Positions 15,296 through 23,411 of a stretch of 24,619 bases of DNA are shown here, in pieces. The notes beneath the pieces are model-generated. The model had not been told where the DNA came from. It ran no database searches and saw nothing but the letters and a program-made list of their open reading frames with translations. The stretch is from an uncultured Oscillospiraceae bacterium (GTDB lineage Bacteria > Bacillota > Clostridia > Oscillospirales > Butyricicoccaceae): the NCBI GenBank assembly GCA_964582395.1, contig CAZOSH010000001.1, forward strand, positions 1 through 24,619, read 5' to 3'. The position numbers were made by a program, and so were the translations under genes. Every line of letters starts with the position of its first letter. Position 1 is the stretch's first letter.

Positions 15296-16558
15296 TTAAT
15301 CGCGTACAAGGGTAATATCCGCGCCGACTCCGCGAAGCTTGTTAATGATGTTTTCATAGCCGCGCTCAACATAATGAATGTTGGTTATCTCGCTCTCACC
15401 GCGGGCGGCAAGTGCGGCAATCACCAACGCCGCGCCTGCGCGAAGGTCGCTGGCAGACAGCTTTCCGCCGCTTAATGCGCTTACGCCGGTTATCTTGGCG
15501 CTTCGGGGCATTACTTCTATCTTTGCGCCCATGAAATTAAGCTGATCGGCATATTTGAATCGGGTATCCCAAACTTCGTCAATAATGGTGCTCTCGCCGT
15601 CGGCAAGGGTAAGCACCGCCGCAAGCTGCGGTTGCATATCGGTGGGGAATCCGGGATAAGGACTTGCCTTAATAGATGTGGGAAGTATTCTTCCTGCGCG
15701 GGAAAGGGTGACATAATCATCCCCTTCGGTAATGATAGCGCCCGCTTCCGCCAATTTTTCAAGGGTGGATTCAAGGTGCTTGGGAATGACATTTCTGACA
15801 GTAATGCTTCCGCCCGCCGCCGCTGCTGCGGCAAGATAAGTACCCGCTTCGATCTGGTCGGGAATAATGGAATATGTGCAGCCGCGGAGCTTTTTCACTC
15901 CGTGGATCCTTATAATATCCGTACCTGCGCCCATAACATCGGCACCCATATAGTTGAGGAAGTTGGCAAGGTCAACAATATGAGGCTCTCTTGCGGCATT
16001 TTCCAAAACGGTCAGCCCCGGAGTCATAGCCGCCGCAAGCATAACATTGACAGTACCGCCAACAGTAACACCGTCAAAATAAACCGACGCTCCTCGCATA
16101 CCCTCTTTTGCCTCGGCGCAGATAACGCCGTTTTCAACAGTAACGGTAGCGCCCAACGCTTCAAAGCCCTTAATGTGCTGGTCGATAGGTCTTACACCGC
16201 CGAAATTGCATCCGCCGGGCATTGAGACCTGTGCTTTTCCGAATCTGCCGAGGAATGCACCGAGCAGATAGTAAGAAGCGCGGAACTTCTGGTTTAAGTC
16301 GCTTACCGCAATATGTGAATCCAGCCTTGAAGCATCTATCTCAACCACACCGGGCGCAACCACATCGGCTCTCACACCCAGCTCGCGGAGGATCTCAAGC
16401 TGGATAAGAACGTCGGACACCAGCGGCACATTTTCAATACGGCAAACGCCCTCCGCAAGCAATGCGGCGGGTATAATTGCAACAACGGCATTTTTAGCAC
16501 CGCTGATGGTTATGTCACCGAAGAGAGGTTTGCCCCCTTTAATAATATATTTATCCAC
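15296..16558 (-). CDS. murA: UDP-N-acetylglucosamine 1-carboxyvinyltransferase
   Basis: ISGAKNA, RASYYLLG, PGGCNFG.RPIDQH, PGFPTDMQ, DLRAGAALV. GTG 16558 is best spaced from AAGGAGA. Confidence 0.96.
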   Translation of the reverse strand: MDKYIIKGGKPLFGDITISGAKNAVVAIIPAALLAEGVCRIENVPLVSDVLIQLEILRELGVRADVVAPGVVEIDASRLDSHIAVSDLNQKFRASYYLLGAFLGRFGKAQVSMPGGCNFGGVRPIDQHIKGFEALGATVTVENGVICAEAKEGMRGASVYFDGVTVGGTVNVMLAAAMTPGLTVLENAAREPHIVDLANFLNYMGADVMGAGTDIIRIHGVKKLRGCTYSIIPDQIEAGTYLAAAAAAGGSITVRNVIPKHLESTLEKLAEAGAIITEGDDYVTLSRAGRILPTSIKASPYPGFPTDMQPQLAAVLTLADGESTIIDEVWDTRFKYADQLNFMGAKIEVMPRSAKITGVSALSGGKLSASDLRAGAALVIAALAARGESEITNIHYVERGYENIINKLRGVGADITLVRD

Positions 16559-16590
16559 CTGATACACTTCTCCTTCACACGAATTGTGCC

Positions 16591-16672
16591 TTTCTCCGTG
16601 AATAATGCGTAACAGCCCCTGTGCCGTACACAGAGTACTGCCACAGTGTCTGTTACTTGTCTCACGAAGAAA
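16591..16672 (-). repeat. GTAC-hairpin element, copy 5, upstream of murA
   Basis: tttctccgtga/tcacgaagaaa, inner gtaacag/ctgttac, apex gtacacagagtac. Confidence 0.85.
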
Positions 16673-16780
16673 TCCATCAATTTAAGGTTTAAATAATAAT
16701 GTTCACGCTTAAAATGCAATACAACGTCTTGTCTTGTTCGAAAAAACTGAAGAATTGTTTTATTTAACAGGTATTGGCTC

Positions 16781-16860
16781 TTTTGCCGTGAATACTTCGC
16801 CGCCACTCCTCGATGTACACAAAGTACACCTTCGTCGCGTTGGCTCGTCTCACAACGAAA
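16781..16860 (-). repeat. GTAC-hairpin element, copy 6
   Basis: Close to 21992-22070 (ctcctcgatgtacacaaagtacaccttcgtcg), followed by tatctcaaaacaccc. Confidence 0.85.
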
Positions 16861-16907
16861 TATCTCAAAACACCCAATGATAACGAATTGTGTCTTTCTC
16901 CGCGGTC

Positions 16908-17116
16908 GGGACGCAGTGGGCTGCGTCCCCTACGTCGGCAACCTTTGCCGTATAGTAAGGACAGGAGCCTCGACTGTCCGCGGGCGGGCACCTCGGCTCC
17001 CCTGCCAAGGGGAGCTGGATTTTTGCGAAGCAAAAAGACTGAGGAGTTTGCCCCTACGATCCGTCGCGCAGCGACACCATTTCTTTTCTCTTTTCTCTTT
17101 TATCTCTTCACTCCTC
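16908..17116. repeat. Composite REP cluster with pyrimidine-rich heptamer tail
   Basis: gggacgcagtgggctgcgtcccctac; gtaaggacagg...ctgtcc; gctcccctgccaaggggagc; ttttgcgaagcaaaa; gtcgcgcagcgac; (ttttctc)n. Confidence 0.7.
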
Positions 17117-17145
17117 AATTATATCACACTATATAATTGAGTAAA
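17114..17145 (-). promoter_or_regulatory. Extended -10 promoter towards murA, embedded in an 11-bp inverted repeat
   Basis: Minus strand TGaTATAAT (17126-17118); dyad ctcaattatat-N6-atataattgag. Confidence 0.55.
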
Positions 17146-17148
17146 AGA

Positions 17149-17928
17149 CTATTTCTCCACCGACAGCACCGATTTATCGGCAATGCTGATGATGATTTTC
17201 CCCCCACTGCACCGGGCTGCCCAGGCGGGGGTCAGGATCAGATCGCTTGCGCCGTCCGATTCGATAAAATATACGGCGCTGACCGATTCAAGGTTGCCCA
17301 TATTATTTTCTGTCATAGCCTGAGCCAAAGCCAATGTCATCTCACCGCGGCTTCGGCTTTTTTCGGTCTTTTCCCATTCGTCACAAAGGGGAAGCCTGCC
17401 CGAAACCGACATATATGTGCCTGCAACCATATATTCAAGGGTTGCATTGTAAATTAAAGTGCCTTCAAACTCAAGGGCTATACTCTGTTCTGTTGAAGAA
17501 AGGGCAAAATCTTGTTTTTTAAGAACTTCACTTATTACTTCGGCAGGGTCTTTTGCGGGGGTGGGAACAATTCCTTCAAAGCTACCTCCACGACGAAATA
17601 TCATTCGCTCCTTGGTTGGCAAAACATAGGTATAAACACCGCCGCCTATTGCATCTACATTTCCGCTTTCCACTAAAAATGTGGTGGCAAACTCCTCTTC
17701 GGCAGCAATATCTCGCACGCCGGAAAATGAGTATAGATAGCGGGGAAGGCTTTTAAAATGTTCATACTTAAAGCCTAAACTCTCCTCGGTAAGCCCGATT
17801 GCCCGCTGAAGGTCCTGCTTTTCGTGATTAAGTGCCGTACTATAGCGAAGGGCGATGTTAATGCCCAAAAAGATATTGACCGCCAAAAGAAGAACGATTA
17901 TAAGCCATTTGGTCTTTTTCCATTCCAT
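17149..17928 (-). CDS. yycI: YycI (WalI)-like two-component regulatory membrane protein
   Basis: MEWKKTKWLIIVLLLAVNIFL N-terminus and C-terminal LTPAW. Fourth gene of a walRK-like operon; TGATG coupling to the upstream gene. Confidence 0.7.
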   Translation of the reverse strand: MEWKKTKWLIIVLLLAVNIFLGINIALRYSTALNHEKQDLQRAIGLTEESLGFKYEHFKSLPRYLYSFSGVRDIAAEEEFATTFLVESGNVDAIGGGVYTYVLPTKERMIFRRGGSFEGIVPTPAKDPAEVISEVLKKQDFALSSTEQSIALEFEGTLIYNATLEYMVAGTYMSVSGRLPLCDEWEKTEKSRSRGEMTLALAQAMTENNMGNLESVSAVYFIESDGASDLILTPAWAARCSGGKIIISIADKSVLSVEK

Positions 17929-19208
17929 CAGCGCACCTCCTCCTTTACGCAAACCGTAATGGGGGTTAAGATGCCGTCTGCAACTTCATATTGAATTGCA
18001 ATATAGTCTCCGTTTCCGGCGGTTGCGGCTGCCTGCTTAAAGGGAAGAAGATCCATATCTCTGCTTTCTACGATACGCAGGGGATGGAGAGAAATGCCTG
18101 TGATCTTGCCGTTTGACACCGACACCGCGGCGGCGCTGTGCTCCTTGGTGTTGACAAAGCAACCGCCGATATAGGCTTCATAATAAAGGATATATCCGTT
18201 ATCGGTCTGCTCACTGTATGCATAGCACAGACTCACTTCATCACCTGAAAGCTGATGCCACAGATCAAAGACGATAGCAGAACTTTTTGTACAGACGGCA
18301 TAAAACTGTTCCGCATCTTCAGCGGAGGAATCAATATTCAAGGATATACCGTCTCCCTCTTCAGCGGCAGAGTAGGAAAGATGCCCGTCGGAATGAAGAA
18401 TGACCCTGTGAATATCTTCCATATAAATTGTGCTTTCTCCGTCGCGGTAGACCGACGAGAGATAGGGGTTCATTCCCAAAGTAGTCATAACCTCATCGGG
18501 CACTTCGCTGTCGCCATTGCCATTGGCCACCGAGTAGGCGGGCATGGTAAATGGTTTATCTATAAGAATACTGTCGTGGGCAACATTGGGAGTGGTGGTG
18601 ATAGCCGAAATTACTCCGTTTGCATCAAAATCGGAACAAAGCTGTTGCAGATAGGAGGCATCCGACATAGTGGAAAAGGAATAATGTTCTCCGTTTTCAT
18701 TTGTGAGAATAAGCAAGACTTCGTTTTGTTCAAGACAGACCAATAGACTCTTTACATAAATATTTGCATTGTTAAATCTTTCTGTTGCTTCGGGGAAAAG
18801 CAAACTTGCAGAAAGAGCATAATCATATTTATACATTATTCCTGTATTGATAAACAGGAGTAAAAAATCCCCCTCGCTCAATTCGGTCATTTCGCTTGCC
18901 GAACCTATGGCTTCGTCGGTTATACGGGTCGTAAGCCTATATACATTATAAAAATCTTCAGCACTTGTGGGAGAATAAAGATTGCCGTTGCCCTGCAGCA
19001 GAGCGATTTGGCAAGGTGTGGAAATAGCCGCATCCTCACCGCTTTTCAGCGTCGTTTCGGTTTCCTCGCCGCGGCGGAAAAACTCAAATATAATATCCTT
19101 TGCGCTTAGAGCCTCCGACACTGCAGTAACCGCAAAAAATGCCAAAAGCAGTGTAACAAGAGCCACCGAAAGCAGGACTATAAGGGCGGTCTTAAGGTGC
19201 TCAGTCAT
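17928..19208 (-). CDS. yycH: YycH (WalH)-like two-component regulatory membrane protein
   Basis: EHLKTALIVLL N-terminal anchor, ~425 aa, overlapping the kinase stop. The assignment rests mostly on synteny. Confidence 0.65.
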   Translation of the reverse strand: MTEHLKTALIVLLSVALVTLLLAFFAVTAVSEALSAKDIIFEFFRRGEETETTLKSGEDAAISTPCQIALLQGNGNLYSPTSAEDFYNVYRLTTRITDEAIGSASEMTELSEGDFLLLFINTGIMYKYDYALSASLLFPEATERFNNANIYVKSLLVCLEQNEVLLILTNENGEHYSFSTMSDASYLQQLCSDFDANGVISAITTTPNVAHDSILIDKPFTMPAYSVANGNGDSEVPDEVMTTLGMNPYLSSVYRDGESTIYMEDIHRVILHSDGHLSYSAAEEGDGISLNIDSSAEDAEQFYAVCTKSSAIVFDLWHQLSGDEVSLCYAYSEQTDNGYILYYEAYIGGCFVNTKEHSAAAVSVSNGKITGISLHPLRIVESRDMDLLPFKQAAATAGNGDYIAIQYEVADGILTPITVCVKEEVR

Positions 19209-20967
19209 CACTTTCCTCCTCTGCTATGGGCAGAAGCAGGGTAACTGTACTTCCCTGACCATATATACTTTCAAACTTGATAGTACCGCCATGGGTCTCC
19301 GCAATTTCCTTGGAAATTGCAAGGCCCAGACCTGTGCCGCCCTGCTGACGGGAGCGGGCTTTGTCAACTCTGTAAAAACGCTCGAATATGCGGCCCAGAT
19401 CCTCTTCGGGAATACCCAGACCGGTATCTTCAACACGGATAAATACATTCTTGTCATCAACACCACCGCTGACCGTAACGGTACCTTCGGGTCGGTTATA
19501 TTTGACCGCGTTGGAAATAAGATTCAGCACCACCTGCTCAAGCCGCTCTCTGTCACCGAATATTTCGGGCAGGCTTTCAGGCAGGTCGTTGTTGAGTTTG
19601 ATTTGCTGATTTTCCGCTTCAAGCTTCATAGACTGCACTGCAGCCCTTGCGGAGACGATTATATCCATTCTCGCCATATTCATTTCCATATGGTTGGAAT
19701 CAAGGCGGGAAAGTGTAAGCAGATCCTTAACGATTCGTGACATACGGTCACTTTCGTTGTAAACAACATCCAAGAAGGTCTTTCTTGTCTCTGCATCAAG
19801 GGCATCTCCGCCGTCAATAAGAGTTTCGGTATAGCCCTTGATATTTGTAAGAGGCGTGCGCAGTTCGTGGGAAACATTTGCCACAAACTCGCGGCGGCTT
19901 TGATCCAACTTCTGCTGTGCGGTAATATCGTGAAGCACCGCCATAACACCCTGAGTACCCTCGCCCACCATAATGGGAGCAAGATACATTTTAAGTATTC
20001 TTGAGCCTGCTATATAGTCAAGCTCCATAAACTTGCCGTCTTCGCTCAGATCCTCGTGACGGAAAGAAGTATTTGGGAAAATATCCCCATAGGAAAGCTC
20101 GCCAGTCAGTTCTCTGCCAAGCATTTCCTCTGCTGCGGGATTTTTGTGGAGCAGCTTTCCGTCATTGCTGAAAGCAACCACGCCGTCAGCCATATGCTTG
20201 AAGAGGGTGTCCAGCTTATTTCTCTCCTCATCAACCTCGCGGAGTGTGGTTTCCAAAGCCTCCGCCATCTCATTAAAGGTTTCGGTCAGCGCGCCTATCT
20301 CATCGGTAGAAGCAATCTCCGCCCTTTCACCAAAATCACCTGCAGCGATCTTCGTTGCCTGATCTCGCAGACGTTCAACGGGGGTGGTAATAGTCTTGGA
20401 AAGTAAAAAGCTCAGCATTACCGCAACAACCAAAGCGAAGAAGATGGCGCGGATAAGTATGGTGAGCAGATTCCAGTTAAGTTCCTCAAGCTCGGCCTTA
20501 TTATCCGAAACACCTACGATATATATAATATCATCGTTATTATCACGCAAGGGCACTGCAATATCAAAGGTCTCGCTGAGTCTATCAATAGTCTGACCCA
20601 CCTCTCCGTCAAGAGCTGCCAACATATTTGAAGAGAGTTTAAGACTCTTGCCGCGGCTGTCATCAGAGCCCGTAAGGTAAGCGCCGCTTTTTCCGTCAAG
20701 AACGAAGAACATTCTGTTCTCATCGATTCCCAACTGTGCAGAATAAGCCTCTATAACCTGACTTACATCGGTAACCGCGCCGCTCTCAAGGCTTCGTTCA
20801 AGGGTAAGAATAAACTCGGGAGTAAAGACATCGTTCATCTGGGCAATAAAGTCCTCGGTGTCCTGAGTAGATATTGAGTTTATAAGAAAAGTTCCTACTA
20901 CCGCCATAGTGGAAACAACCAAAATGACCAGTACAAGAACCAGTTTCATATGTAAGCTACGGAACAT
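19201..20967 (-). CDS. walK: WalK-like sensor histidine kinase (2 TM, HAMP, PAS, HisKA, HATPase)
   Basis: DEIGALTETFNEMA (HAMP), MADGVV (PAS), EFVANVSHELRTPLT, NLISNAVKY, FERFYRVDKARSR, GGTGLGLAI. Confidence 0.85.
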   Translation of the reverse strand: MFRSLHMKLVLVLVILVVSTMAVVGTFLINSISTQDTEDFIAQMNDVFTPEFILTLERSLESGAVTDVSQVIEAYSAQLGIDENRMFFVLDGKSGAYLTGSDDSRGKSLKLSSNMLAALDGEVGQTIDRLSETFDIAVPLRDNNDDIIYIVGVSDNKAELEELNWNLLTILIRAIFFALVVAVMLSFLLSKTITTPVERLRDQATKIAAGDFGERAEIASTDEIGALTETFNEMAEALETTLREVDEERNKLDTLFKHMADGVVAFSNDGKLLHKNPAAEEMLGRELTGELSYGDIFPNTSFRHEDLSEDGKFMELDYIAGSRILKMYLAPIMVGEGTQGVMAVLHDITAQQKLDQSRREFVANVSHELRTPLTNIKGYTETLIDGGDALDAETRKTFLDVVYNESDRMSRIVKDLLTLSRLDSNHMEMNMARMDIIVSARAAVQSMKLEAENQQIKLNNDLPESLPEIFGDRERLEQVVLNLISNAVKYNRPEGTVTVSGGVDDKNVFIRVEDTGLGIPEEDLGRIFERFYRVDKARSRQQGGTGLGLAISKEIAETHGGTIKFESIYGQGSTVTLLLPIAEEESDD

Positions 20968-21005
20968 AATATCTCTACTCCTTTCGTTGTGGTTAAAAAA
21001 TCACC

Positions 21006-21085
21006 TTTCTCCGCAATACTGCCTATTGCTCACTTGCTGTACACAAAGTACTATCTGCGTTCGCAATAGTTGTCTTGCGAAGAAA
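21006..21085 (-). repeat. GTAC-hairpin element, copy 7, upstream of walK
   Basis: tttctccgcaa/ttgcgaagaaa, inner ctattgc/gcaatag, apex gtacacaaagtac. Confidence 0.85.
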
Positions 21086-21117
21086 TCTGATTTTTTCTTA
21101 GCTTGGGGAAACTGCGC

Positions 21118-21261
21118 TTTCTCCGCGAATACTGCGGAACACTTGCTCACCGTACTGTAGGGACAGGCGTCTCTGTCCGCGGGCGGGCTAATCAATTCGT
21201 CGCGGAACGCGACACCTCAACTCTTCACTTTTCACTCTTCATTCTTCACTTCTTCATTTTT
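21118..21261. repeat. Half GTAC element interrupted by a GTAG REP, then hairpin and heptamer repeats
   Basis: tttctccgcgaatactgc...ccgtact then gtagggacagg...ctgtccgcgggcgggc; gtcgcggaacgcgac; (ttca[c/t]t[c/t])n at 21221-21260. Confidence 0.7.
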
Positions 21262-21268
21262 AACACTG

Positions 21269-21958
21269 TTAGAAATGAAGATAATACCCCGCTCCCCGCC
21301 TTGTCATAAAATACTGAGGTTCTGCGGGATTATCCTCCAACTTTTCGCGCATACGGCGCATAGCTACGTCAACGGCACGGAGGTCGCCGTAATACTCATA
21401 GCCCCATACCTTTTCCATCAGCTCCTCCCGGGAAATGACCCTGTCGGGAGTTTCCAAAAAGTAGCATATCAGCTCATATTCACGCTGACTCAGGTCTATT
21501 GCAACACCGTTTTTATAAACCGCCTGCAAAGAACGGTCGATTTCAAAAGGTCCGAATGCCCGTTTATTGCTGTCTGCAGGAGCGGCACTTGCAATACTTG
21601 CAGAGCGGCGGATATTAGCTTTTACACGTGATACTAATTCGCGTACAGAAAAAGGCTTGGTTATATAATCGTCGGCACCGGTGTCAAGACCGAGTATCTT
21701 ATCGGTCTCCTCTTCCCGAGCGGTAACCATAATGATCGGCACACTGCTTACCTGACGCACTTTTCGGAGTATTTCAAAGCCGTCAAGGCCGGGCAGCATA
21801 ACATCAAGCAAAATCAAGTCAAAGCCGCCGCTCAGCGCCATGTCAAGACCGTTGATTCCGTCATATGCCTCTGCCGTCTCAAAACCCTCTTTCTTTAAAT
21901 TAAAAGAAACAAGAGCAGATATAGCCTTTTCGTCCTCAACTATTAGTATTTTAGACAT
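21269..21958 (-). CDS. walR: WalR/YycF-like OmpR-family response regulator
   Basis: KILIVEDE, LLDVMLP, GADDYITKPF, VWGYEYYGDLRAVDV. ATG 21958 follows AAAGGAGA. Confidence 0.88.
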   Translation of the reverse strand: MSKILIVEDEKAISALVSFNLKKEGFETAEAYDGINGLDMALSGGFDLILLDVMLPGLDGFEILRKVRQVSSVPIIMVTAREEETDKILGLDTGADDYITKPFSVRELVSRVKANIRRSASIASAAPADSNKRAFGPFEIDRSLQAVYKNGVAIDLSQREYELICYFLETPDRVISREELMEKVWGYEYYGDLRAVDVAMRRMREKLEDNPAEPQYFMTRRGAGYYLHF

Positions 21959-21979
21959 TAAAATAACATCTCCTTTTTT

Positions 21980-22083
21980 GTGTTTTGGCTCTTTCGCCGC
22001 AATACTGCGTCGCCCCTCCTCGATGTACACAAAGTACACCTTCGTCGTGTTGACTTGTCTTGCGACGAAATATCTCAAAACAC
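21980..22083 (-). repeat. GTAC-hairpin element, copy 8 (extended outer stem), directly upstream of walR
   Basis: gtgttttg/caaaacac, tttcgccgcaa/ttgcgacgaaa, apex gtacacaaagtac. Confidence 0.85.
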
Positions 22084-22116
22084 CCGATAGTAACCAATGG
22101 GATATTTTTCCTAAAT

Positions 22117-22176
22117 GCCTCCCCTACAGTGTACAGCAAGCCGAGGCGGCGAAGTAGATGGGCGAAAGATGATTTT
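22117..22176 (+). repeat. Half GTAC element (opposite orientation) abutting a GTAG REP fragment
   Basis: gcctcccctac then agtgtac...gaaagatgattttta; the same terminus as copy 4. Confidence 0.6.
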
Positions 22177-22181
22177 TAAAT

Positions 22182-23411
22182 TCAATCTATAATCTTTAAT
22201 ATTTGGCTCAGTGCGTAACTGGCACTTGTATGTCGTGTATAACTGCGGTCGCTCCACTTGCGGCGGACAGGGGCAAGTGATACAAACTCATCCTTGTCGG
22301 ATACCACAGCCACCCAGACTGTACCAATCGGTTTTTCTTCTGTGCCGCCGTCAGGGCCTGCGATTCCGGTGATTCCCAGAGCTACGCTTGCTCCTGTTTC
22401 GGCTTTTGCTCCTCTTGCCATTTCCAAAGCGGTCTGCTGTGATACAGCACCGTATTTTTCAAGGGTATCTGCGCTGACACCGAGCTGCTTTATTTTCATT
22501 TCATTGGTATAGGTGACAAAACCGCCAAGTACGCAGGCGGAAGAGCCGGGAATATCGGTCAGACGCTTGCAAATAAGTCCGCCCGTGCAGCTTTCGGCGC
22601 AGGCAAGAGTCATACCCTTGTCTTTGAGTGTTTTGACCACCACTTCCTCAAGGGAAGAAACGTCCACACCATAGATATACTCGCCCGCTATTTCGCGAAT
22701 TTTCTCAACCATAGGTGCGCAAAGTGCCTTTGCATCCTCTTCGGTCTCACCGCGGGCGGTAACACGCACCTCACATTCCCCCTCCTTGGCATAGGGAGCA
22801 ACCGAGGGATTACTGCCTTCCATAAGGAATGACAGCTTATCTTCCAATGCAGACTCGCCTATTCCGTAAAAACGGAGATAGGTGGAATATATCACGCCGC
22901 CGAACTTGCTTGACAGATAGGGCAAGGCTCTCTGCCTGAACATAGGTTTGCATTCTCGGGGAGGACCGGGCAGCATAATGACTGTGCAGCCATCCGCTTC
23001 AAAGGCGCAACCGGGCGCTGTGCCCCAATCATTTTCCAAAACGGTACAGCCCTCGGGCAGATGTGCTTGCTTTAAGTTGTTGGGGGTCATATTAAGTCCC
23101 GACATCTTAGCCATCAGCTTTTCTATCTGGTCGGGGAAAGGGACTATCTCTTTGCCGAATGCCTGAGCAAGAGTCTCTTTGGTCAGGTCATCACAGGTGG
23201 GACCAAGTCCGCCGGTGGTAATTATCAGATCGGCGCGGCTGCGGGCAATTGCCACAGCATCCTTCAGCCTTTGGGGGTTATCTCCGCAGACCGTATGATA
23301 AAAAACATTGATCCCGTGCTCGGAAAGTCCCTGAGATATCATCTGAGCATCGGTGTTGGCGATCTCGCCTAAAAGAATTTCTGTACCTACAGACAGAATC
23401 TCACAAATCAT
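22182..23411 (-). CDS. cinA: Competence/damage-inducible protein CinA (MoCF-like plus NMN deamidase domain)
   Basis: EILSVGTEILLG, TGGLGPTCDDLT, LPGPPRE, AESCTGG, GITGIAGPDGG. Confidence 0.95.
   Translation of the reverse strand: MICEILSVGTEILLGEIANTDAQMISQGLSEHGINVFYHTVCGDNPQRLKDAVAIARSRADLIITTGGLGPTCDDLTKETLAQAFGKEIVPFPDQIEKLMAKMSGLNMTPNNLKQAHLPEGCTVLENDWGTAPGCAFEADGCTVIMLPGPPRECKPMFRQRALPYLSSKFGGVIYSTYLRFYGIGESALEDKLSFLMEGSNPSVAPYAKEGECEVRVTARGETEEDAKALCAPMVEKIREIAGEYIYGVDVSSLEEVVVKTLKDKGMTLACAESCTGGLICKRLTDIPGSSACVLGGFVTYTNEMKIKQLGVSADTLEKYGAVSQQTALEMARGAKAETGASVALGITGIAGPDGGTEEKPIGTVWVAVVSDKDEFVSLAPVRRKWSDRSYTRHTSASYALSQILKIID

Noticed and set aside
14522..16407. Long plus-strand ORFs opposite folD and murA (also opposite walK, thiI and the M56 gene)
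   Set aside because: They are antisense shadows of well-supported genes with no recognisable motifs.
16591..16860. Leader elements as T-box, TPP or THF riboswitches
   Set aside because: I saw no T-box (GGTGGNACC) or TPP (CTGAGA) core. Copies occur in both orientations and before functionally unrelated genes.
21959..22078. 40-aa N-terminal extension of WalR in the ORF track (similarly tldD 14087-14155, thiI 24575-24610, sensor 6195-6248)
   Set aside because: The extensions run through repeat, leader or upstream-gene sequence. The downstream starts coincide with the family N-termini and mostly have well-spaced SD sequences.
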